The notes under the pieces: generated by a model
Databases searched by the model: none
What the model was told of the DNA's origin: nothing
What the model saw: the letters and a program-made list of their open reading frames with translations, nothing else
In this document: in pieces, positions 1-7,107 of the stretch
Layout of the letters: each line of letters opens with the position of its first letter
How positions within the stretch are numbered: position 1 is the first letter of the stretch
Made by a program: the position numbers and the translations under genes
DNA from: Thermoplasmata archaeon
GTDB lineage: Archaea; Thermoplasmatota; Thermoplasmata; SG8-5; JAGLSY01
DNA length: 24,820 nucleotides
Reading direction: 5' to 3'
Assembly: GCA_023135545.1 (NCBI GenBank)
Contig: JAGLSY010000004.1
Span: 1 to 24,820 of the forward strand

Positions 1-312
1 GGGCTTAATCAGCTCCGTGGGCGGCGGGAACTCGGATGTGAGCACAACCACCTTGCTGCATATGCTCTTCTCGAGGCATATGGGCTTGCCGGAATATATT
101 CTGAGGGGCGGCAGGGGCACGGAATCGGAGATTATCGCGGTTGGGTAGAAATGTCTGGATGATACCAGGCCGACATACTCCAGGTTGAGCATCTTTATGA
201 GATAATTGGACACTATCGTGCTTACCATGCCAACACTCGGAAAGCCCTCGATAAGAACGGCATCCTTCATGTCAACTTCCTTCCTCTCTATTATGGCTAT
301 GTCGTCATCCAA
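1..312 (-). CDS. PAC2-family proteasome assembly chaperone (3' end runs off the window)
   Basis: Absent from the ORF track; read by hand. TTG start at 312, GGTGA RBS 4 nt upstream. Translation LDDDIAIIERKEVDMKDAVLIEGFPSVGMVSTIVSNYLIKMLNLEYVGLVSSRHFYPTAII...PPLRIY...VVVLTSEFPPP; the frame is open to position 1. GFP(G/S)VG.V..I...YL is the PAC2 signature. Confidence 0.9.
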   Translation of the reverse strand, partial: MDDDIAIIERKEVDMKDAVLIEGFPSVGMVSTIVSNYLIKMLNLEYVGLVSSRHFYPTAIISDSVPLPPLRIYSGKPICLEKSICSKVVVLTSEFPPPTELIKP

Positions 313-460
313 AATATCACCGCATCATGAATCTGAACCTGATACTTAACATTTAATACGTAATATAAAGAAACGATATAGAAAATCAGATATCAAGTGT
401 GTAGTAGAAGGACGCCAATCTTTATCTACATGTTTCCTTTTATTAGAGTCAGGTGACGAC

Positions 461-1339
461 TTGTCAGATGTCCAGAGCCAACTGTTGAGAGGAAGTTTCA
501 AGCTCACAAGGGTGGGTGTGACCGATGTCAAAAAACCGGTCTGCGTGAAGAGGCCGGATAGAGAGATCACTCTAACAGCCACATTTAACCTTTTTGTAGA
601 CCTGCCAGCAGAGCTGAAGGGCTCCCATCTTTCCAGGAATCTGGAGGTGCTTTCACAGGTGCTGGACGAGTGCGTGCGCGGGCAGGCCGTCAGCCTCGAA
701 ACCCTTGGGGCCAGGATATGTGCCGAGCTGTTGAAGAGGCACGAGTACGCCACATGCTCCGAGGTGCAGATATCGGCAGATTACTTCATTGAGAGGGAGG
801 TCAACGGCGGAACCAGCAGCCTGGAGAGATACCTGATAAAGGCATCTGCCATCGATTACCGGGAAGGGCAGTCAAGAAAATCCATAGGTGTCGAGGTTAT
901 CGGAATGACGGCGTGTCCCTGCGCAATGGAGGAGGTTCGCGACAGGTTCGTATCAAGGCATCCGGAGCAGAATGAACTGCTGACCGCCATCCCGATAATC
1001 ACCCACAACCAGCGCAATATAAGCAGTCTGGAGGTGGAGATTCCCGGCGACCATGATGTGGAAGCCGAAGATTTGATCGACATACTGGAGGGGGCGTTGA
1101 GCAGCCCGACACGCGAGATACTCAAGCGGGAACATGAGGCGGACATCGTGGAAAGGGCCCATACCAATCCCAAGTTCGTGGAGGACGTGGTCAGGGATGT
1201 TCTCGGGGCCGTCCTGGAAAAATATCGCGATATGCCGGATGATGTGAAGGTCATGGTGAAAAGCGAGAGCCAGGAGTCCATCCACAAGCACAACGCCTTT
1301 GCCGAGAGGGTCACCACACTGGGGGAATTGAGAGAATGA
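461..1339 (+). CDS. mptA: GTP cyclohydrolase MptA (FolE2/GCH-IB-IV family)
   Basis: TTG start after AGGTGA RBS. Motifs LTRVGV..VKKP, KGSHLSR, GMTACPCA, THNQR, AHTNPKFVEDVVR and ESIHKHNA are characteristic of FolE2/MptA. Confidence 0.93.
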   Translation: MSDVQSQLLRGSFKLTRVGVTDVKKPVCVKRPDREITLTATFNLFVDLPAELKGSHLSRNLEVLSQVLDECVRGQAVSLETLGARICAELLKRHEYATCSEVQISADYFIEREVNGGTSSLERYLIKASAIDYREGQSRKSIGVEVIGMTACPCAMEEVRDRFVSRHPEQNELLTAIPIITHNQRNISSLEVEIPGDHDVEAEDLIDILEGALSSPTREILKREHEADIVERAHTNPKFVEDVVRDVLGAVLEKYRDMPDDVKVMVKSESQESIHKHNAFAERVTTLGELRE

Positions 1340-1476
1340 AGATGATGGGCACTTGCCACATATGCGGAAGGCCGGCGATGCACAGCTGTTCCAGTTGTGG
1401 AAAAACAATTTGCCGGGAATGTCTGGACATCGGTTCGGGCAGATGCAAGAGCTGCATGGCTGGGAAACAATTTTAA
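1336..1476 (+). CDS. 46-aa Cys-rich microprotein, four CxxC pairs (putative double zinc finger)
   Basis: ATGA overlap with the mptA stop. Translation MKMMGTCHICGRPAMHSCSSCGKTICRECLDIGSGRCKSCMAGKQF; pattern C-x2-C-x7-C-x2-C-x4-C-x2-C-x7-C-x2-C. Below the ORF-track size cut-off. Confidence 0.8.
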   Translation: MKMMGTCHICGRPAMHSCSSCGKTICRECLDIGSGRCKSCMAGKQF

Positions 1477-1478
1477 TT

Positions 1479-1617
1479 CAGTTGGAGAGTTTAGTAAGTT
1501 TTTGGAGTTTATAGAGTTTAATGAGTTAATCTCTGAAGGGTAAGGTCAAAGAATCTGGGCACTCACAAACTCAAGGGTACAGAACCTAGCAACCCAGAAC
1601 TCCTTGAACTCACAGAA
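1479..1617. repeat. Degenerate ~9-nt (G)AGTT tandem repeats in a convergent intergenic region
   Basis: AGTT at 1480, 1488, 1497, 1506, 1515 and 1525 on +. Mirror AACT/AACC units at 1568-1610 read as GAGTT-like on - after the TPR gene stop. Confidence 0.6.
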
Positions 1618-2112
1618 TCAATCAGAAAGAAGGCCCATGGCCTCTTTCTCATCCATGTCCAGGGCCTTCAACATGTAGGTCAAGGACTTCTTTTTTATCA
1701 TTCTCCAGGTGGTGTCATCCAGGAACTTTTCCATTACGATGGGAGCCCTGGTGAAATACGCCATGGCGAACTCTGAAAAATACATGCCGGCATTATCTTC
1801 ATCCAACTCGGTGGCCTTGTTGTAATATTCTTCGGCTTCATTGAATCTTCCGATCTCGGCGCAGAAGGAAGCCAGTGAAGTGACATAGTAAACCTCATCG
1901 GGATCCAGTTCGACGGCTTTCATATAAAGTTCCTGAATCACCTCGGCCTTGACCTTGTGAGCTCCCAGGGATGCTTCGGCCTTCCCGAAATAGGCTTTTG
2001 CGTTCTTGGGGTCCTTCTTTATCACCTCGTTGAATTTCTTCCTGGCCTTCTCGTGCTCGAATTCTGCCAGAAGGATTTGCGCCTTGACCAGTTCATCCTC
2101 GATGGTTGCCAT
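1618..2112 (-). CDS. TPR-repeat protein (164 aa)
   Basis: True start is probably ATG 2112 (GGAGTGA RBS, 4-nt spacer), not 2265. TPR-like units ARKKFNEVIKKDPKNAKAYFGKAEA, LYMKAVELDPD and AEEYYNKATELDEDN. Confidence 0.85.
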   Translation of the reverse strand: MATIEDELVKAQILLAEFEHEKARKKFNEVIKKDPKNAKAYFGKAEASLGAHKVKAEVIQELYMKAVELDPDEVYYVTSLASFCAEIGRFNEAEEYYNKATELDEDNAGMYFSEFAMAYFTRAPIVMEKFLDDTTWRMIKKKSLTYMLKALDMDEKEAMGLLSD

Positions 2113-2267
2113 TGAATCACTCCGTTGATATATTGATACGGGGTTTAAAAAAGGTTTTGGGATACCTTTATTAGCCCGAAGTGAAAAACACCTCCCGGTA
2201 GTATTGCCGAGATAGTTATCATTGATAGTTATCTGAAGTCTGGTCAGTGGTATTTTACGGCCCAATA

Positions 2268-5200
2268 TCAGACTCCGTCAGTCCCTTCGACGGATTCTGT
2301 TTCCCCAACCGCCTCTACGTCATCAACCGCTTCGGGCTCTTCGCCTCCCCCGGCATCCCCGATGCCATCTTCGGAAGGCGGCTGGGGTGCTTCGGGCTGC
2401 ATGGGCTCAACTGGTTGCTGAACATAGCCCGGCGGGGGCGGAGGTGGTGGAGGCGGCTGTTGGTACTGTTGGGGTGGTGCCTGCATCATCTGTTGCGGTG
2501 GTCCGCGGCTCCTGTTCGCTATCGCAAAGATTACTACCACAAGGACGATCACCAGCAGGACTATCAGTATCCAGCACAAGGTGGATGCTCCATCATCGGT
2601 ATCGAGTTCGATCGGGTTTAGATTGTTGGTCTGGCCATCGGAGACCAGGACCGGGACCGTGATATTGTGGTCTCCCTTTGTGACGACCATGTCATGGGTG
2701 CCGACAGGCACATCCACCAACTCGAACTCACCATCTGCATCAGTTATTTGTGAGAAGGTCTCGCCATCCACGACTATCTGTACCAGGGCTCCCTCAATGG
2801 GATTGCCATTGGCATCAACTATCTGGCCCTTTATGTCACCGGTGGGTGGAATAGGCTCATACTCGGTTGTGAAAACCTCGAATTCCATATTATCCATCCT
2901 GTTGCCGGCCAGGTCACTGACCGCGCCGCTGAGGGTAACATTGTATTCCGTGCCGTAGGCTAATGGGTCGTCCGGGCGGAAAACGACCCTTGAGCCGTCA
3001 TCATTCCAGATGAAGGTTCCGGTAACCGTGTCGTCCTCGATAAAGGTTCCTCCATTGTTTCGTAATATCTTCATGCCCGCTTCCACGCTGCCACGGTCCA
3101 TTTCCTCATTGAAGGAGAAGATTATGTCGGTCCCGACAGGAACATCCTCTCCAGATGGGCGTATCATGACGATAGGTGGTTCGGTATCCCAGACCAATGT
3201 GAACTCATCGTAGGCAGTATTGCCTGCAAGATCGATGACCGTGAGCCGGATGGTGTATGTCCTGTCAGTGTCGGCCGTGATGGTGGTCTGGGTCTGGCCA
3301 GAGGAGCCAAAGGTGATGTGGCCGGCCCCGGCAATTCTCATCCAGGTATAGTAGTCGACCCCGCTGCCTTCCTCCACCACCGTGCCGTATTGGGTGAATA
3401 TATTATTGGCCAACCTATCTGGGCCAGCATCCACGAGTGGGGCAATTGTGTCCCATACTAGAATAAATGAATCTATGGCACTGTTCCCCTCATAGTCGAA
3501 GGCCGTGAAGCTTATCTCATAGGTCCCATCAGTATCAGCCTCCACCGTGGTCTGCATGCTGTTGGGGTTACCAAAGGTAATTGTCCCCGGGCCAGATACC
3601 TGCACCCATTCATATCTTTCCACACCGGACCCGGCATCAGTGGCTGTGCCATATTGTGTGAACACAGAGTTCTCCCACGCATCTGGGCCAGCATCTACAA
3701 TCGGGTCCACATTGTCTGGAACATAGGTCGTGAAGTTCCAGGTATAGGGGGTCAGGGTCGAGGTTCCATTGGGATTGCTTCCCCCTGAAACTTCCAAGGT
3801 GATGAGTTGGGCGAAAGACCAGTCATTGTGGGTCCAGGTGGCGGTATCGTCTGTAGCATTGGTCGTGGACCAGCCCACGAAGGACCATCCACCTGGGTCC
3901 GTACCGGTTGTCTGGGAGATGGTAGGGATATCTGATGTGTCCATGGTCTCATCGAATACGACCGTGACATTCTGGTCAATTGGGATTCCAATTGAACCAC
4001 CCAATGGAATGGTTGATATGACTTCGGGAACTGGCTCACCCACATAGACATCGTCAATGTGCCAGTAATCAGTCAATCCACCACTTCCCCCTGTCTGCGA
4101 GAACCTTATTTGAAAAAGAGGATGTATGGCCTCAGCGGGAAGGAGGTAACTCCGGTCAAATATTTCTCCCGGAGTCCCTCCACCGAAAAAGGTCTCCATC
4201 AAGACCCATGCTCCGATATCGTTCATATAGTACAATTCCAGGTTCTCGCTGGCCGAGTCCGGGTACTCACTGAAAAGGCCGCCCATCCTAATCCAGGATT
4301 GCACCTCAACCACTGGAAGGCCGGATGTGTCAATGAACCAGGATTCCACATTGACCACCCCGGCTGTGGTGTACATTGACCAGGTTCCGGAATTCGAGGT
4401 CTGGGTGCTAACACCAGATCTGGATGCGTCATCCGAGGTCCAGTTGAAGCCAGTGCTTCCACCAAATACACCGAACTCGAAATCATCCAACCAGGGCACA
4501 GTGAATGATACATCTGTAGTGATCTGTACTGTGTCGTTGACCAGTGTGTCGTTCTGGGAAGTGGCGGTCACATTGGCCAGGTCGGAGTCCCCGGCAACTG
4601 CCAGGCCAGGTATAGTGACCCTGGCTATGAAATTCTCAGTAATTCCGGTATTCACAGATATATTAGTGATGGTCACAGCATCTCCAATATCGCGGAATAT
4701 GACTGGCCAGACGCTTACATTATAGAGGTCGTAAGTATCATTCATGGTTCCCAGGTTTGTTACATTGAGAATATAATCCACTGTCCCGCCAGCAGAGTCG
4801 ACCGAAGCATTGACTTCGGGTTCCAAGTCAACTTTATAGGGGGGAGGAGGACCGACATAGACATCGTCGATATGCCAGTAATCCGATGAAGCAGTTCCAG
4901 ATGTCTGCTCGAACCTTATCTGCAGATTGTCAGAGACAGCATCCGAAGGAAGAGCGTATGACCTCTCAAATATCTCACCCACTGTTCCACCGCCCAGGAA
5001 GGTATCTAGAGATTTCCAATCCCCGGTCAGGTTCTTATAATAGAGGTTCAGGTCCTCGGAATTCTCTGGCACATCGCTGAACGCGCCACCCTTTCTTACC
5101 CAAACATCCAGCTCAACCATCGTGAGGTTGGAGGTATCTATCATCCAGGAATCCAGTGTCACCGGGCCTCCGGAGGTGTACATTGAATAGGAGCCGGAAT

Positions 5201-6272
5201 TGGCTGTATCGGTGCTCACGCCGAAATAGGACGTGTCGGTCATGCTGCTGGTCCAGTTCATGCCGGTGCTGCCTCCGAAAGTGCCAATCTCGAAATTGTC
5301 AAGCCAGGGATTGGCGAAGGGCAGGGCCGTGAACAGTTTCACTGTCTCATTCACCGAGGTGTCGTTCTGTGAGATGGCAGTCACATTGGCCAGGTCAAAA
5401 TCCCCACTAAGTGCCCCACCAGGGATGCTGACCCTGGCTATGAATTGTGTAGAATTGCCCGAGCTCAATGAGATGTTCGTTATGTCCGTGGTATCTGCCA
5501 TGTCCCGGAAGGCCAGGGGCCAATTGCTCTCACCAGATAGGTTATAAGTGTCATTACTAGCTCCCTGGTTTTGGAGGGTAAGGATATGGTACACGGGTTC
5601 CCCGGCATTACCTGACTTTTCATTATAATTCGGTGAAAGGTCCATGACATAGGGAGGCGGAGGGCCAACATAGACATCGTCGATGTGCCAGTAATCATAA
5701 CCAGTTCCACTGCCCCCTGTTTGATTGAACCAGACCTGGAAGTTTGCATGATTGGCAGCCTCTGGAAGTGAATTATTCCTCCACATTATCTCTCCATTGG
5801 TTCCGCTGCCCAGGAAGGTCTCCAGCAGCACCCAGGTACTGCTTTCATTGAGATAATAAACTTCGAGATCATCTCCGGGATCCGTATCCTCGCTACCGGC
5901 TATGGTATCGGTCCCTCTCATTAACCAAAAACTGAGCTGGGTAACACCGAGAGCACTAGTGTCTATACTGGATGAGTTCACGCTCACGATCCCGCCATGC
6001 GTGTACATTGAATAACTTCCAGATTGGGATATGGCATTACTTACCCCGGAAAGCGAGGGGTTGGTCGTTGTCCAGTTGACCCCGGTACTTCCCCCAAATG
6101 TTCCAGACTCAAAATCATCCAGCCATGGTGCGGGTAATACCATTGGCACTGTATCCTGACTCCCTTGGCCGGATATTAGTGGTGAGACCACCATGGTCAA
6201 CATCGTCGCCATGACCAAAAATGAAAGAATTCTCCTTGCCTGCCCTCTATCTGGCTTCTTGAATGATATCAT
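2268..6272 (-). CDS. Large membrane-anchored surface protein (1334 aa): signal peptide, 3x jelly-roll domain interleaved with 2x NEW3/CARDB-like Ig, Big_5-like, 2x PKD-like, Big_5-like, carboxypeptidase-regulatory-like domain, C-terminal TM, Pro/Gln-rich and acidic tail
   Basis: Start ATG 6272 with GGAGG RBS (the ORF-track start 6338 spans the promoter). Hydrophobic N-terminus; repeats WLD(D/N)FE.G.FGGSTG.NWT...W(H)IDDVYVG; P.VDAGPD repeats; FRP..PL..GTEYNVTL..AVSDLAGN; G.I.G.IVDANGNPIEGA.V; TM LCWILIVLLVIVLVVVIFAIA; many N-x-S/T sequons. Confidence 0.9.
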   Translation of the reverse strand: MISFKKPDRGQARRILSFLVMATMLTMVVSPLISGQGSQDTVPMVLPAPWLDDFESGTFGGSTGVNWTTTNPSLSGVSNAISQSGSYSMYTHGGIVSVNSSSIDTSALGVTQLSFWLMRGTDTIAGSEDTDPGDDLEVYYLNESSTWVLLETFLGSGTNGEIMWRNNSLPEAANHANFQVWFNQTGGSGTGYDYWHIDDVYVGPPPPYVMDLSPNYNEKSGNAGEPVYHILTLQNQGASNDTYNLSGESNWPLAFRDMADTTDITNISLSSGNSTQFIARVSIPGGALSGDFDLANVTAISQNDTSVNETVKLFTALPFANPWLDNFEIGTFGGSTGMNWTSSMTDTSYFGVSTDTANSGSYSMYTSGGPVTLDSWMIDTSNLTMVELDVWVRKGGAFSDVPENSEDLNLYYKNLTGDWKSLDTFLGGGTVGEIFERSYALPSDAVSDNLQIRFEQTSGTASSDYWHIDDVYVGPPPPYKVDLEPEVNASVDSAGGTVDYILNVTNLGTMNDTYDLYNVSVWPVIFRDIGDAVTITNISVNTGITENFIARVTIPGLAVAGDSDLANVTATSQNDTLVNDTVQITTDVSFTVPWLDDFEFGVFGGSTGFNWTSDDASRSGVSTQTSNSGTWSMYTTAGVVNVESWFIDTSGLPVVEVQSWIRMGGLFSEYPDSASENLELYYMNDIGAWVLMETFFGGGTPGEIFDRSYLLPAEAIHPLFQIRFSQTGGSGGLTDYWHIDDVYVGEPVPEVISTIPLGGSIGIPIDQNVTVVFDETMDTSDIPTISQTTGTDPGGWSFVGWSTTNATDDTATWTHNDWSFAQLITLEVSGGSNPNGTSTLTPYTWNFTTYVPDNVDPIVDAGPDAWENSVFTQYGTATDAGSGVERYEWVQVSGPGTITFGNPNSMQTTVEADTDGTYEISFTAFDYEGNSAIDSFILVWDTIAPLVDAGPDRLANNIFTQYGTVVEEGSGVDYYTWMRIAGAGHITFGSSGQTQTTITADTDRTYTIRLTVIDLAGNTAYDEFTLVWDTEPPIVMIRPSGEDVPVGTDIIFSFNEEMDRGSVEAGMKILRNNGGTFIEDDTVTGTFIWNDDGSRVVFRPDDPLAYGTEYNVTLSGAVSDLAGNRMDNMEFEVFTTEYEPIPPTGDIKGQIVDANGNPIEGALVQIVVDGETFSQITDADGEFELVDVPVGTHDMVVTKGDHNITVPVLVSDGQTNNLNPIELDTDDGASTLCWILIVLLVIVLVVVIFAIANRSRGPPQQMMQAPPQQYQQPPPPPPPPPGYVQQPVEPMQPEAPQPPSEDGIGDAGGGEEPEAVDDVEAVGETESVEGTDGV
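4039..6125 (-). repeat. Three ~150-aa intragenic jelly-roll repeats (about 5664-6125, 4851-5306, 4039-4493), the first two each followed by an Ig-like domain
   Basis: Protein-level repeat is also visible in DNA: ACATAGACATCGTC(G/A)AT(G/A)TGCCAGTAATC occurs three times. Confidence 0.9.
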
Positions 6273-6327
6273 GAAACGTCCTCCGAGGGATAATTGCCCC
6301 GAGTATATCCTCTGCATTAGTTTTGGC

Positions 6328-6335
6328 TTATATAA
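6328..6335 (-). promoter_or_regulatory. TATA box for the surface-protein gene
   Basis: TTATATAA with purine-rich CAAATATG upstream on -, about 55 nt before ATG 6272. Confidence 0.6.
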
Positions 6336-6364
6336 CATATTTGGTGCTAATTAAGTAAGCCAGT

Positions 6365-6862
6365 TCAATCCTGGTAAAAGGTGATGGTCTGCACATCCTC
6401 GACCTTTTTTATCTTCTCTATTATCTTGGCCGGTATGGGTGTGTCGGTTATGATGTAGAGAAGCCCCGCGGAAGTGGCCGGGCACTGCGCCTGCCTGATG
6501 GATATCCCTCCCTGGCCGATAATGCTGGTTATCTCTCCCATTGTGCCGGGTTTACCGGTGTAGCAGATGTCCAATCCAATCACTCCCCAGCCCATATCGA
6601 GGGCCACATCGAAGAGGTTGCAGGTCGGCCTAAGCTTGGAATAGATACGGTATAACCTGGGGTTCTCATGGATTGTTTTTACGGTGGCCGTCACTATCCT
6701 CTTGTCCTTCCCCAGAGCATTGGCCAATTGAGAGTGCGACAGCGCAACCTTGTCAAAAAAAAGTTTCTTTCCTTCCACATGTACACCTATTTCCAACATG
6801 TATCTGGCAACCTCTGCCTGGGATGGCAGGCGTGAAAAATCATTCTCTATCTTGGTCCACAT
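6365..6862 (-). CDS. ACT-domain putative amino-acid-responsive regulator (COG2150/AF1403-like)
   Basis: N-terminus MWTKIENDFSRLPSQAEVARYMLEIG, HTH-like SQLANALGKDKRIVTATVKTI, and C-terminal ACT fold KPGTMGEITSIIGQGGISIRQA...LYIITDTPIP match the archaeal COG2150 family. Confidence 0.8.
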   Translation of the reverse strand: MWTKIENDFSRLPSQAEVARYMLEIGVHVEGKKLFFDKVALSHSQLANALGKDKRIVTATVKTIHENPRLYRIYSKLRPTCNLFDVALDMGWGVIGLDICYTGKPGTMGEITSIIGQGGISIRQAQCPATSAGLLYIITDTPIPAKIIEKIKKVEDVQTITFYQD

Positions 6863-6882
6863 GGCAGACTAATCTAAATAGA

Positions 6883-6898
6883 CGTATAAAGGATTTTC
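6883..6898 (-). promoter_or_regulatory. BRE-TATA for a probably leaderless ACT-gene transcript
   Basis: GAAAATCC-TTTATA starts 28 nt upstream of ATG 6862; no RBS is present. Confidence 0.6.
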
Positions 6899-6940
6899 TA
6901 TAAGGTACAGATAGGACAATCCAAACCCTTGTAAATTAGC

Positions 6941-7073
6941 GATAAGTATTTAATATGTTAACAATTATTATGTATGTAAGTATCTAACATTAATGTACCG
7001 AAATGATGCGAAAAATGTTTTATAGATTAACAATCATTGTATGTATTAATATCTAACATTGATGTATCAAAAT
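6941..7073 (+). promoter_or_regulatory. Tandem duplicated promoter (69-nt period) with palindromic operator-like sites
   Basis: TATA boxes TTTAATAT (6949) and TTTTATAG (7018) are each followed by a 47-nt direct repeat (6958-7004, 7027-7073) containing TATCTAACATT(A/G)ATGTA. ACATTAATGT at 6987-6996 is a perfect palindrome. Confidence 0.75.
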
Positions 7074-7107
7074 AGTACAATGAAGTTAGGAAAAAAGGAG
7101 GAATAAG

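Noticed and set aside
1479-1617. Possible mini-CRISPR array
   Set aside because: Units are 8-10 nt and degenerate, with no 25-45-nt repeats or unique spacers and no cas genes.
2113-2265. 51-aa N-terminal extension of the TPR ORF given by the ORF track
   Set aside because: It spans promoter-like sequence; a strong RBS precedes ATG 2112.
2400-2500. Polyproline/PPGY tail as a eukaryote-like WW-binding motif
   Set aside because: Low-complexity Pro/Gln tails give such matches by chance; there is no supporting partner in the window.
6200-6272. Twin-arginine (Tat) signal in the large surface protein (QARRILSF)
   Set aside because: It lacks the S/T-R-R-x-F-L consensus; Sec export is more plausible.
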